DNA of 64,000 nt, from contig OZ244999.1 of the NCBI GenBank assembly GCA_965223265.1, positions 8,704,001 to 8,768,000 of the forward strand, read 5' to 3'. The DNA comes from Planctomycetota bacterium (GTDB lineage Bacteria; Planctomycetota; UBA8108; SXIK01). Every line of letters begins with the position of its first letter. Position 1 is the stretch's first letter. A program made the position numbers and the translations under genes. Below, piece after piece: positions 9,817-19,220 of the stretch. The notes under the pieces are model-generated. The model worked only from the letters and a program-made list of their open reading frames with translations. It was not told where the DNA came from and ran no database searches.

Positions 9817-11865
9817 ATGTCAGACCCTACGCCGCAGACCGTTACCCCCGCTCCGGACGGCGCTTCGCCGACGCGGGCCGATGTGCCTGAATTCAGATCT
9901 GATTCCGTTTGGCAGTTCTACGGTGCAGTCGTCAAGCACTACTGGAAGCGGTTTTCTGGCATGATGTCGATGACCGTCGTGTACACCGGCATTGACAGCA
10001 TGCGTCTCCTTCTTGTGGGAACGCTTATCGCTGCGATTGAGATCAAGTCAGATCGGGAAGGCGGCTCGTCCAAGATTCTCGAAAAGGTCGAGTCCGCGTG
10101 GGCATTTCTTTCAGGGCAAACACTCGATCTGACTGGAAGACTCCGTTCTCAGGACGAAGAGTTCTTCTACAACTTCGTGGTCTCGATCGCGGTCGTGTTT
10201 GCGATCTCGGCGTGCCTTATGGCGGCCGCGTACTTCATCAAGGAGTACATAGCGCAGGCGATCACGATGCGGGCGACGGTCGATGTGCGCAAGGCGCTCT
10301 TCAACCACCTGACGCGGCAGTCCGTCTCGTACTTCAACCGGCAGCAGTCGGGCGACGTGATCTCGCGTCTGACGAACGACGTTGGACTCGTGCAGCTCAG
10401 TTTTCGCTTCTTCTTCGTTACTCTAATTCAAGAGCCGGTACGAGTCGTGGTTTTGCTGTCGGTGGCGGCCTGGGCGTCACCCGTCCTCTTTGTCATCACG
10501 GTCCCGTTCTATGTGCTGATCATGTGGCCACTGGTGCGTGCGTCGCGAAAGGTTCTCAGGCACGGCCGTGGTCGCCAAGAGAAGCTGGGGGTCGTTACCG
10601 AGGCGATCCAGCAGCTCTTTGGAGGGATTCGCATCGTCAAGGCGTTTGGCATGGAGGCGAGCGAACAGAGCAACTTCGCCGGCAAAAACAAGGAGTTGAT
10701 CCGCAGCAGTCTCCAAATGGTGCGTGCCAAGGCCAAAGGGCAGTCGATCCAGGAATTGCTCTACAACCTGGGAGTTGCGGCGTTTGTTTTTGGCGGTGTC
10801 TGGCTCTTTACCAAGAACGTGATCGATTTGGCGATTTTGTCGGTGTTTATCGGCGCGCTGATTCAAACTTACCGCCCCATCAAGGCGATGTCGCGCGCCT
10901 GGAACATACTGCAGGAGTCGCGCGCTGGCGTCGAGCGTGTCATAGAAGTCCTGCAGGAGCAGCCGGCCATTGTCGACGATCAGCACTTGCCTGAGTTTCC
11001 GGGTGTCGAAAACGAAATCTGTTTCGACCGCGTCTCGTTCTCGTATGAGCGCGAGTTGGCGGAAGAATCGCCAACGTTTCAGCGAGAAGTCTCAGGCGCC
11101 GAAGAATCGTCTCAAGAACGAGCCGGTGGGAAGAAAGCGGACGCGCAAGACGACGCTCGACTCCCCGCGGTGCGGAGTGTGTCTCTGCGCGTGCGACGTG
11201 GTGAAGTGGTTGCGATCGTCGGACCGAGCGGTGCCGGAAAGTCGACGCTTGTCGATCTATTGGCTCGCTTCTATGACCCACAGGATGGCGCGATCCTGGT
11301 CGATGGCGTCGACATTCGATCGTATCGACACAGCTCCTTTCTGCGTGGCATCGCCGTTGTCTCCCAAGATCCCTTTCTGTTCAACACCACGATTCTCGAG
11401 AACATCCGCTACGGCCGAGAAGATGCCGCAGAGGCCGAGGTCGTTGAAGCGGCGAAGGCGGCGCTTGCGCATGAATTCACGCTCGAGCAGCCTGACGGCT
11501 ACGAAACCGTCATCGGTGACCGAGGCGTGCGCCTTTCGGGTGGGCAGCGACAGCGGCTCACGATCGCGCGAGCGGTGCTCAAGAATGCGCCGATCCTGAT
11601 CCTCGACGAGGCGACGTCGTCTCTCGACACGCAGTCCGAGCGCGAGGTCCAGCGAGCGTTGAACAACCTCATGAAAAACCGAACCACGTTTGTCATCGCC
11701 CATCGCTTGTCGACGGTTGTACACGCCGACAAAATCGTCGTGCTCGAGGAAGGATCTCCGGTCGAGGTCGGCCGCCACGAGGAGCTCTTGGCACGGCGCG
11801 GACGCTATTTCCAGCTCTGGCAGTCGCAGTCACTCGAGCGCGAAGAGGACGGCTCGGCGGCGTAG
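9817..11865 (+). CDS. ABC exporter, fused permease/ATPase (MsbA-like)
   Basis: TM domain followed by Walker A GPSGAGKST, LSGGQRQR signature, ILDEATS and IAHRLST. Confidence 0.92.
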   Translation: MSDPTPQTVTPAPDGASPTRADVPEFRSDSVWQFYGAVVKHYWKRFSGMMSMTVVYTGIDSMRLLLVGTLIAAIEIKSDREGGSSKILEKVESAWAFLSGQTLDLTGRLRSQDEEFFYNFVVSIAVVFAISACLMAAAYFIKEYIAQAITMRATVDVRKALFNHLTRQSVSYFNRQQSGDVISRLTNDVGLVQLSFRFFFVTLIQEPVRVVVLLSVAAWASPVLFVITVPFYVLIMWPLVRASRKVLRHGRGRQEKLGVVTEAIQQLFGGIRIVKAFGMEASEQSNFAGKNKELIRSSLQMVRAKAKGQSIQELLYNLGVAAFVFGGVWLFTKNVIDLAILSVFIGALIQTYRPIKAMSRAWNILQESRAGVERVIEVLQEQPAIVDDQHLPEFPGVENEICFDRVSFSYERELAEESPTFQREVSGAEESSQERAGGKKADAQDDARLPAVRSVSLRVRRGEVVAIVGPSGAGKSTLVDLLARFYDPQDGAILVDGVDIRSYRHSSFLRGIAVVSQDPFLFNTTILENIRYGREDAAEAEVVEAAKAALAHEFTLEQPDGYETVIGDRGVRLSGGQRQRLTIARAVLKNAPILILDEATSSLDTQSEREVQRALNNLMKNRTTFVIAHRLSTVVHADKIVVLEEGSPVEVGRHEELLARRGRYFQLWQSQSLEREEDGSAA

Positions 11866-12065
11866 GACGCTCTGACGCGCCTTCTCTGCGCGGCGATTGC
11901 CTCCGAATCACGATGCGTCCCTGCATCCGCTCCCCGTGTTTCGGCGTTGCCTCCACGACCGCTCAGTCCTCCAGCGCTCAGGTTGCGAGCGCCCCGGTCT
12001 GCTCTTATGCTCACGTTCGCCGACACACACTCAGTCGACGACCGCCGCAGCGAAAGGTCAGAGCA

Positions 12066-12680
12066 ATGACGCAGGCAGCTCAACGCCTCGAGCGTGTTGT
12101 GCGGTCTTACGAGAGCTCGCTAGTGCGCGTGATCTTTGTCGCCGTCGTGGAACTTTCCGAGGCAGACGGGCGCGGTGTGAGTGTCCGGCAGCTGAAGAAC
12201 TTTTTGCGGGGAAATGATCGCCCGCGGGTGAACGCGCCGGACCAGGTCCGCCCCGTGTTCGGTCTCCTCGCAGGCTTTGAGGATCGGCGCCTCAACGAGA
12301 TCATCGAACACCTTGCCGAGTGCGGCGAGCTTCAGTGTGTGCCTGGAGCAACGCAGCGCGTCGAGCTCGCTGCCAGCGCGCGACAGTTTTTAGGCCGCGG
12401 CCACGGGTGCTGGCGGGGGAAACTACCCTCTCGGCCGCGGCTCGGCGAATCTCCGGTGCTCGAGGCGTCGCTTTGGAAACTGCGAGACCGGCTCGCACGC
12501 CGCGAGGGCCGAGCGCCGTACAGCGTCTTTCCGAACCACGTCCTCGCGGCGGTCGCAACACGCCGGCCGAAGTCGATGGGTGAGCTCGCAAGCATCGACG
12601 GACTTGGGGAGGCGCGGCTGAGACGCTACGGACGGTCGATTCTGCGGGTGGTGCGAGCGCAGGCGCGGCAGACGACATGA
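12066..12680 (+). CDS. Stand-alone RQC (winged-helix)-HRDC domain protein
   Basis: HRDC motif LWKLRDRLARREGRAPYSVFPNHVLAAVATRRPKS..EL..IDGLGEARLRRYG; RQC-like LKNFLRG...FGLL. No helicase core. Confidence 0.72.
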   Translation: MTQAAQRLERVVRSYESSLVRVIFVAVVELSEADGRGVSVRQLKNFLRGNDRPRVNAPDQVRPVFGLLAGFEDRRLNEIIEHLAECGELQCVPGATQRVELAASARQFLGRGHGCWRGKLPSRPRLGESPVLEASLWKLRDRLARREGRAPYSVFPNHVLAAVATRRPKSMGELASIDGLGEARLRRYGRSILRVVRAQARQTT

Positions 12681-12757
12681 GGCGTGGTGGGTACAGGCAG
12701 AGTCGGAGGCGGATTGCAGAGATCAGATAGAGAGTCAGATACAGATGCAGAGTCAGA

Positions 12758-13330
12758 CCCTACAGTTGCATAAGTTTTCGCAGGAAGGGCTCAGAAACCC
12801 TTTCCCTGAGGTTCGATCGGCAGTTGAAGGACGTCGCGGCGGACTTCACGTTTGGTGAGGTTTGCCGGTGTGTCGTGTTCCCCCTCGCCCACGCCCACGC
12901 AAACCCACACCCACACGCACACGCACACGCACACCCACAAGCACACGCACACGCACAAGCACACGCACACGCTCACACAAGACCGGACGGCACACGGGAG
13001 TGTGCCTGCTACTTTCAGCACACGCACACGCACACGCACACGCTCACACAAGACCGGACGGCACACGGGAGTGTGCCTGCTACTTTCAGCACACGCACAC
13101 GCACACGCTCACGCTCACACAAGACCGGACGGCACACGGGAGTGTGCCTGCTACTTTCAGCACACGCACACGCACACGCACACGCACACGCACACCCACA
13201 CACAAGACCGGACGGCACACGGGAGTGTGCCTGCTACTTTCAGCACACGCAAACGCAAACGCAAACGCACACCCACACCCACACGCAATTGCGCACGGTC
13301 TTGAGGCGCGCCTCTTTTGCAACGTTGGGG
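12758..13330. mobile_element. Putative non-autonomous element family D, copy 1 (REP-carrying)
   Basis: First ~120 bp is homologous to 24813-24936. Ends are CCCTACAGTTGCATAAG and CTTTTGCAACGTTGGGG (13/17 inverted match). Flanks are TCAGA/TCAGG, and it interrupts a CAGAxx hexamer tract. Confidence 0.55.
12976..13250 (-). repeat. Tandem array of four GTAG-type REP units separated by (CACACG)n
   Basis: Identical 50-bp units start at 12976, 13047, 13118 and 13201. The minus strand reads GTAG-CA-GGCACAC-TCCC-GTGTGCC (GTAG plus hairpin). Confidence 0.9.
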
Positions 13331-13457
13331 TCAGGGTCAGATGCAGAGGCGGAGTCAGATGCAGATATCAGACACGGACACTCAGATGCGCATTGTAGAT
13401 TCGGATGCTAGACACAGCGGCTGACGTCGGAACTGGACCCCCGACGCTCACGCTCGT

Positions 13458-13563
13458 AAGACCGGAAGGCACGCGTGCCCGCTACGTTGAAGAGACGCCC
13501 ACGCCGACGCCGACGCCCACGCAAACGCAAACGCAAACGCAAACGCAAACGCAAACGCAAACG
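13458..13563. repeat. Degenerate REP copy followed by (ACGCAA)n microsatellite
   Basis: aagaccggaaggcacgcgtgcccgctacgtt, then ACGCCG/ACGCAA hexamer runs. Confidence 0.75.
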
Positions 13564-13587
13564 GGCTCGGCCGGCACGCTCTCCGCG

Positions 13588-14724
13588 CTACAGCCTCCGA
13601 GTGCGCAATAGATACAAGAGCGCGTGGTGCCGGCTCAGCCAATGGCGGAGCGGAAACACTACTGCGAACCCGCAGACGAAGCCCGCCACGTGGGAGGTCC
13701 AGCCGACGGACGTCTGCTCACCTGTGGGATCGGCGACGCTCCAGAATATCTGGACGACGAACCAGACTCCGAGCCAGATCGTCACCGGCACCTTGAGCTG
13801 CAGTACGACGAGCATGAAGGTCAACTTGGCGTTATGAAAGAGAATCAGGTACGCGGCCATGATCCCGGCGATGGCGCCGCTGGCGCCGATGAGTGGAACG
13901 TCCGTGCCGTAGTTCAGCGCGATGTGGGCCCCTGCAGACGCAACGCCGCAGAGCACGAAGAGGCCGAGGAATCCAAGCGAACCGAGGACGTCTTCGACGT
14001 TGTCTCCGACGACGTATAAGAAGTAAGCATTGCCGATGAGGTGGATCCAGTTGCCGTGCACGAAGAGGTAGCCGAGCAGCGTGATCATGCCGCGCGGCGA
14101 CTCGAACGCTTGCGGGCGGACGGCCAGGGCGTGAAACACTCCGAAACCGCCCAGGATATGGATGACCACACAAATGAGGACGAGGGTTAGGGTGATGATG
14201 GGAAAGCGCTTGGGTGGCACGTTGAACTCGACCGGCAGGCGCAGGAGAAACTGAAAAAACCACGCACCCCAGCTCGTTGGGCGCTCGGTTTTCTCGCGAT
14301 GCGCTTGCCATGTGCGGAGCGCTTCTAGATATTCCCATTCGCGGAAGTCAAACCAGACGCCGGCGCAGCGATCGCACTGGTCGATTTCGAGATGTTCCAC
14401 AGCGTCGACGCGGAGCAGCGTCAGCGGCACGTCGCAGCGCGGACAACGGATTTCGCTGGGACCCTTTGAGACAATGTCCGGCGCCCGCTCCAGAAATGGA
14501 CCGACCGCCGGTGGGTCACCGAGTCGCTCTGTGTTCCAGGTCCACGGTTCGCACCACAGGCCTCGGCAGCGTGTGCAGATCTGGAGCGGTGAACCTTCGT
14601 GGTCGCATTCATCAAGTCGATTTGACGCGCAGCGGGGACAGGGAAGCGAACGCGTGTGCCGTCGTCTTCGACTCAGGGTAGTGTCGGTCTGGCCCACCTG
14701 CTCGCTCTTCCTGGCTGCTGGCAT
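13588..14724 (-). CDS. Rhomboid intramembrane serine protease with N-terminal zinc ribbons
   Basis: Two CPRC...CxxCxG(L/V)W zinc ribbons; HLIGN; catalytic GASG and SHVAGF. Confidence 0.9.
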   Translation of the reverse strand: MPAARKSEQVGQTDTTLSRRRRHTRSLPCPRCASNRLDECDHEGSPLQICTRCRGLWCEPWTWNTERLGDPPAVGPFLERAPDIVSKGPSEIRCPRCDVPLTLLRVDAVEHLEIDQCDRCAGVWFDFREWEYLEALRTWQAHREKTERPTSWGAWFFQFLLRLPVEFNVPPKRFPIITLTLVLICVVIHILGGFGVFHALAVRPQAFESPRGMITLLGYLFVHGNWIHLIGNAYFLYVVGDNVEDVLGSLGFLGLFVLCGVASAGAHIALNYGTDVPLIGASGAIAGIMAAYLILFHNAKLTFMLVVLQLKVPVTIWLGVWFVVQIFWSVADPTGEQTSVGWTSHVAGFVCGFAVVFPLRHWLSRHHALLYLLRTRRL

Positions 14725-14784
14725 AGATTCACGTCGTCGCCATTATGGATCGAGTCGCACGAAAACGCTACGACACGCCGGCGG

Positions 14785-16131
14785 TCACCGTCGCCGTGGG
14801 AGCCAGCGCTCAAGGACGTCTTCGATGGTGTCGAAGACACCATGTGCCTCGGTGTCGGTGATGGCGTACGGCGGCAGGAAGTACAGAACGTTACCGAGCG
14901 GACGCAACAGGATCCCGCGACGCAGGAATTCGGCTGCGAGCTCTGGGCCTGAGCTGTCGAGGTAGCCGCCTTCGCGGTGTGCTTGAAGTTCGATCACCGC
15001 GAGAGCTCCAATGCCGCGTGTCGACGCAACCACCTCCAAGCGGCGCAGGCGACTCAGTCGATCGCTGAAAAGAGCTTCTAGACGATGGATGCGTTCGAGC
15101 GTACCCTCTGCCGCGAAAATCTCCAAACTCTCGAGCGCCAGCGCGCACCCGAGTGCGTTACCTGTGAATGAATGCCCGTGAAAGAACGTGCGGGAACGAT
15201 CTTCGCTCAGAAACGTCGAGTAGATCTCCTCGGTGACAAGAGTGACTGACATCGGCAGGTAACCCCCGGTCAAGCCTTTCGAGAGACAGACGATGTCTGG
15301 CTCGATGGGGCCGTGCTCACAGGCGAACATCTTTCCCGTGCGGCCAAATCCGGTGAAAATCTCGTCGGCGATCAGCGGGATCCCGTGCTCGCGTGCGAGT
15401 GTCGCCACGTCACGTAGGTACTCCTTAGGCCAAATGATCATGCCGCCAGCGCCTTGCAGCATCGGCTCGATGATGATCGCGGCGATGCGGTCGGCGTGGG
15501 CGTGCAGAATCGCCTCGAGGGTCGGAGCACTCGACGTTGCGTGTGTCTGCGACTCGGTACCGCCAGTGCCCCCTCCCGACGGACCCCGCGCGTGGAGAAC
15601 CTCGAAAAAGAGATCGCTGAATTCGCGATGGAACACGTCGACGCCTCCTGCAGCCATCGCCCCAAAGGTGTCACCGTGATATGCGTGCTCAACCGCGACG
15701 AATAGATTGCGATCGTTTTCTCCGCGCTGGCGCCAAGACTGGTACGCCATCTTGAGTGCGACTTCGACAGCCGTCGAACCGTCATCCGAAAAGAACACGC
15801 GCTGCATCGAGCCGGGGGCTATCGCGACAAGATTCGCCGCAAGTCGCGCCGCTGGTTCGTGTGTCATGCCGGCGAAGATGACTTGAGCCATTTGCTCCGC
15901 CTGCCGCGTGAGCGCGCTGTTGAGGCGGGGGTGATTGTGTCCGTGCACATTGACCCACCACGACGAAATCCCGTCGAGAATCTTCCGGCCGTCGTCGGTG
16001 CAGAGGTAGACGCCCTCGGCGCGGACGATCGGAAGCGGCGCAGGGGCTGTCAGCATCTGAGTGTAGGGATGCCAGATGTGGCGGCGATCGAACTCGGTCC
16101 AGTGGGGTGACGTCGGCGAGCTGTGCGTCAT
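14785..16131 (-). CDS. bioA: Adenosylmethionine-8-amino-7-oxononanoate aminotransferase
   Basis: IWHPYTQM; DGISSWWVNVHGH; GSTAVEVALKMA; YHGDT; DEIFTGFGRTG; SKGLTGG. Confidence 0.96.
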   Translation of the reverse strand: MTHSSPTSPHWTEFDRRHIWHPYTQMLTAPAPLPIVRAEGVYLCTDDGRKILDGISSWWVNVHGHNHPRLNSALTRQAEQMAQVIFAGMTHEPAARLAANLVAIAPGSMQRVFFSDDGSTAVEVALKMAYQSWRQRGENDRNLFVAVEHAYHGDTFGAMAAGGVDVFHREFSDLFFEVLHARGPSGGGTGGTESQTHATSSAPTLEAILHAHADRIAAIIIEPMLQGAGGMIIWPKEYLRDVATLAREHGIPLIADEIFTGFGRTGKMFACEHGPIEPDIVCLSKGLTGGYLPMSVTLVTEEIYSTFLSEDRSRTFFHGHSFTGNALGCALALESLEIFAAEGTLERIHRLEALFSDRLSRLRRLEVVASTRGIGALAVIELQAHREGGYLDSSGPELAAEFLRRGILLRPLGNVLYFLPPYAITDTEAHGVFDTIEDVLERWLPRRR

Positions 16132-16156
16132 CGTCTCGTCTCTTTGCCTCTTCAAG

Positions 16157-16822
16157 TCACACGAAGTATTGCTCAAGAACCGCTTTGCCGTCGAAGCTTC
16201 CGGCTGCGGCGAGAAGTCTCTCTTGCGACAACGGTTGAAGGGGTTCGAGCTCGCCAACCACCACCACGTCGCCGAACTTCTCGATCGCTTGCCTGTTGTC
16301 GCGGTTCTTGGGACCGTTCATCACGACTCCGGCGATCGGTATGTCTCTTGCCCGCAGGGCCTCAAGCGTCAGCAGCGTGTGGTTGATTGTCCCAAGTTCA
16401 CTCGAGGCGACGACAACGCAAGGAAGGTGGAGATCCTTAGCTAGGTCTGCGACGAGGTAGCCGTCGTCGTTCACCGGAACAAGAACGCCGCCGATGCCTT
16501 CGATCACGAGTGACCGGTCCTTGTCGGCGAGCGCAAGATGCAGGAGCTCCTCGACGATGCGCTCAGAGTCGATCCTCCGGCGAGCGCGTCGCGCCGCGAG
16601 GTGAGGCGAAACCGGGGGGTCGAATAGATATGATTCGTCGATTACGTCGACCAGGTGTCCGCAGAGCCTACGCACTTCCAGCGTGTCGCGCCCCTCGACG
16701 GCGCCAGTGGCGATGGGTTTCCAGTAGGCTAGCTTCGTCCGTTCGGCGTAGCGGGCAAGAATGAGCGCGCTGACGACCGTCTTGCCGATCTCCGTACCGG
16801 TGGCTGTAACGAACAAACTCAT
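16157..16822 (-). CDS. bioD: Dethiobiotin synthase
   Basis: TATGTEIGKT; SPHLAA; IEGIGG; LGTINHT. Confidence 0.96.
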   Translation of the reverse strand: MSLFVTATGTEIGKTVVSALILARYAERTKLAYWKPIATGAVEGRDTLEVRRLCGHLVDVIDESYLFDPPVSPHLAARRARRRIDSERIVEELLHLALADKDRSLVIEGIGGVLVPVNDDGYLVADLAKDLHLPCVVVASSELGTINHTLLTLEALRARDIPIAGVVMNGPKNRDNRQAIEKFGDVVVVGELEPLQPLSQERLLAAAGSFDGKAVLEQYFV

Positions 16823-17997
16823 GGCTCGAACGTACGGCTCGCTGCAGAGACCTGCTGCGCTTCGGCGGTTTTACCGAGGAGATCCACGAGTGCTGCGATC
16901 TGATCGTCGGTGTGATCGGCGTGCAGTGAGAGCCGTAGCCGCGCGGTACCCGGCGCGACGGACGGTGGGCGAATCGCGCGCACATCGAAGCCGCCGCGCT
17001 GGATTGCGGCTGCGACTGAGGTTGCGGTCGCATTGTCCCCGAGGATCACGGGGATAATTGGCCCCGAAGAGTTGAGGCAGTCGAAACCGCCGCGACGTAG
17101 GAGCTTTCGGGTCTTGTCCGCCAGGGCGAGGAGATGACGCCGTCGGTTCACACCTTGAGCGACGAAATCCAGTGACACGTTCATCGCACGAGCGAGGAAC
17201 GGCACTGGCGCCGTTGTGAAGATGAAGGGGCGTGCTCGGCTTACGAGGTAATCGATCATCACTCGTGAGCCCGTCACCATCGCGCCGCCCAGCGCGAAGG
17301 CTTTGCCGAACGTGGAGACGATCGCCAGGGGCTTGCGGGCAGCATTGGCCACTTTGGCGAGGCCGGCGCCGCGCTCAACAGAAAACACCCCGGTTGCATG
17401 CGCGTCATCGAGAATGAGCTCGGCGTTGTAGCGTTCAGCGAGTGCGGCGTAATCGTCGATGGGGGCGATGTCGCCGTCCATGCTGAAGAGCGTTTCCGTG
17501 ACGATAAAGGTCCTTCCCGGCGTTTGCTCTTTTCGCTTCAGAAGTTCCTCGATGTGGGAAAGATCCAAGTGACGAAAGATCTGCTTGTGACACCGGGAAA
17601 GTCGAAGACCATCGATGATGCTCGCGTGGTTCTGCTCATCGGAGAGCACCGTATCGTCGGGACCGATCAGCGACGCCAGGACGGCGAGATTCGCCGTATA
17701 ACCACTCGAGAAGAGAAGCGCCGCTTCGCAACCTTTGAACGCGGCGAAACGCGCTTCGACTTGCTCGTGCTCGCGGCTGTTCCCACTGAGCAAGCGCGAC
17801 GCGGGCGAGCTGAACGTATCGATCGGACATTCCTGAATCGCCGCGAGCACGGCGTCCCGAAACGCCGCATCTTTACCGAGCCCGAGATAGTCGTTCGAGG
17901 CGAAATCGACTCCAGATCCAACGACGAGCCGCCGCTCCAAACCGCAACGACTCAAGTCGTCAAGGCGCTCGCCCAGCTCTTCCAGGAAGTTCTTCAT
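16819..17997 (-). CDS. bioF: 8-amino-7-oxononanoate synthase
   Basis: FASNDYLGL; SGYTAN; NHASIIDG; FSMDGD; DDAHA; TFGKA; AIRPPSV. Confidence 0.96.
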   Translation of the reverse strand: MKNFLEELGERLDDLSRCGLERRLVVGSGVDFASNDYLGLGKDAAFRDAVLAAIQECPIDTFSSPASRLLSGNSREHEQVEARFAAFKGCEAALLFSSGYTANLAVLASLIGPDDTVLSDEQNHASIIDGLRLSRCHKQIFRHLDLSHIEELLKRKEQTPGRTFIVTETLFSMDGDIAPIDDYAALAERYNAELILDDAHATGVFSVERGAGLAKVANAARKPLAIVSTFGKAFALGGAMVTGSRVMIDYLVSRARPFIFTTAPVPFLARAMNVSLDFVAQGVNRRRHLLALADKTRKLLRRGGFDCLNSSGPIIPVILGDNATATSVAAAIQRGGFDVRAIRPPSVAPGTARLRLSLHADHTDDQIAALVDLLGKTAEAQQVSAASRTFEP

Positions 17998-18017
17998 GTC
18001 GGCTGCGACTCTCTAGT

Positions 18018-19010
18018 TTACGGTGACGTTGCTGGCGACAGCCCGAGCTTCTCAAAGAGCGCGAGGTCTTGGTCCTCCTCGGGGTTCGGCGTCGTGAGAA
18101 GGCGATCGCCGGCGAAAATTGAGTTGGCTCCAGCGAGGAAACAGAGCGCTTGCGCCTCGTCGGTCATCTCGAGTCGTCCCGCGCTTAAGCGGACGCGGCT
18201 GCGCGGCAGCACGATGCGTGACGTCGCGATCACTCGTACGAGCTCGATGGGATCAGCCGGTTTTTGGTGCGCCAAAGGAGTGCCGGCGACAGCGACTAGG
18301 GCGTTGATGGGTACGCTCTCCGGATGGGGTGTCAAACGTGCAAGCGTGCCGATCATAGAGACGCGGTCGGCAACGGATTCACCCATGCCGACAATTCCGC
18401 CGCAGCACACCTGGATTCCTGCATCCTGGACGTTGCGGATGGTTTCGAGTCGATCTTCGAACGAACGCGTGGTGATGATTTCCGCGTAGTGTTCGGGGCT
18501 GGTGTCGATGTTGTGGTTGTAGGCGGTCAGGCCGGCGTCGCGGAGGCGTCGCGCTTGCCCGGCGTCCAACATGCCGAGCGTGCAGCAGACCTCGAGGCCT
18601 AGGTCGTGCACGTGGCGAACCATCTCGAGAACGCTATCGAACTCTTTCCCGTCCTGCACCTCACGCCAAGCGGCGCCCATGCAGAAGCGAGTTGAGCCCT
18701 GTTCGCGGGCGGAAGTCGCTGCTGCCTTGACTTCGTCGAGATCGAGGAGGTCCGCGCGATCGACGCCGGCATCGTAGTGGGCGCTCTGCGGGCAGTAGGC
18801 GCAGTCTTCCGGGCAGCCTCCCGTCTTGATGCTGAGAAGAGTGCACTTCTGCACGCGACGCGGATCGTGGTGTCGCCGGTGCACTTTCTGCGCGTAGAAG
18901 ATGAGATCCGGCAGCGGCAGATCATGGATGCGCCGGAGCTCGTCGTTGGTCCAGTCGTGGCGTTCGACCTGCGGAGAAGCAGGCGGCGCTTTTGACTCCG
19001 AGGCGCCCAT
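18018..19010 (-). CDS. bioB: Biotin synthase
   Basis: Radical [11 protein letters not shown]; RFCMGAAWR; YNHNIDT; ESVPIN; RLSAGR; GANSIF. Confidence 0.97.
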   Translation of the reverse strand: MGASESKAPPASPQVERHDWTNDELRRIHDLPLPDLIFYAQKVHRRHHDPRRVQKCTLLSIKTGGCPEDCAYCPQSAHYDAGVDRADLLDLDEVKAAATSAREQGSTRFCMGAAWREVQDGKEFDSVLEMVRHVHDLGLEVCCTLGMLDAGQARRLRDAGLTAYNHNIDTSPEHYAEIITTRSFEDRLETIRNVQDAGIQVCCGGIVGMGESVADRVSMIGTLARLTPHPESVPINALVAVAGTPLAHQKPADPIELVRVIATSRIVLPRSRVRLSAGRLEMTDEAQALCFLAGANSIFAGDRLLTTPNPEEDQDLALFEKLGLSPATSP

Positions 19011-19220
19011 AGAGTGTCCTTCAACCCTTCAAATCGTCGTTTCGTCTCGTCGCATCTCAGACGGTTGTCAAAGCACTGCCACCGAGCTGACGCCAATTGG
19101 TATTGACGTGGTACTTGCAGGTGGAGGCTTGTTCACACGCCCAAGATCTTGCAAGATCGTGCGAGCAGAATCAATGCTGGACGTTGATCAAGCCACGCAC
19201 GACCCGGTGACGCGGCGCTG

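Noticed and set aside
12976-13250. CRISPR array
   Set aside because: The spacers are low-complexity (CACACG)n rather than unique, the repeat matches dispersed GTAG-REPs at 25109-25198, and no cas genes are present.
12791-13837. His/Thr/Arg-rich ORFs (HAHAHA, THTHTH, RKRKRK) in several frames
   Set aside because: These are translation artefacts of stop-free hexamer repeats, open in several frames on both strands.
19011-19220. BirA operator upstream of bioB
   Set aside because: Only a TTGTCAA half-site is present, without a correctly spaced inverted partner.
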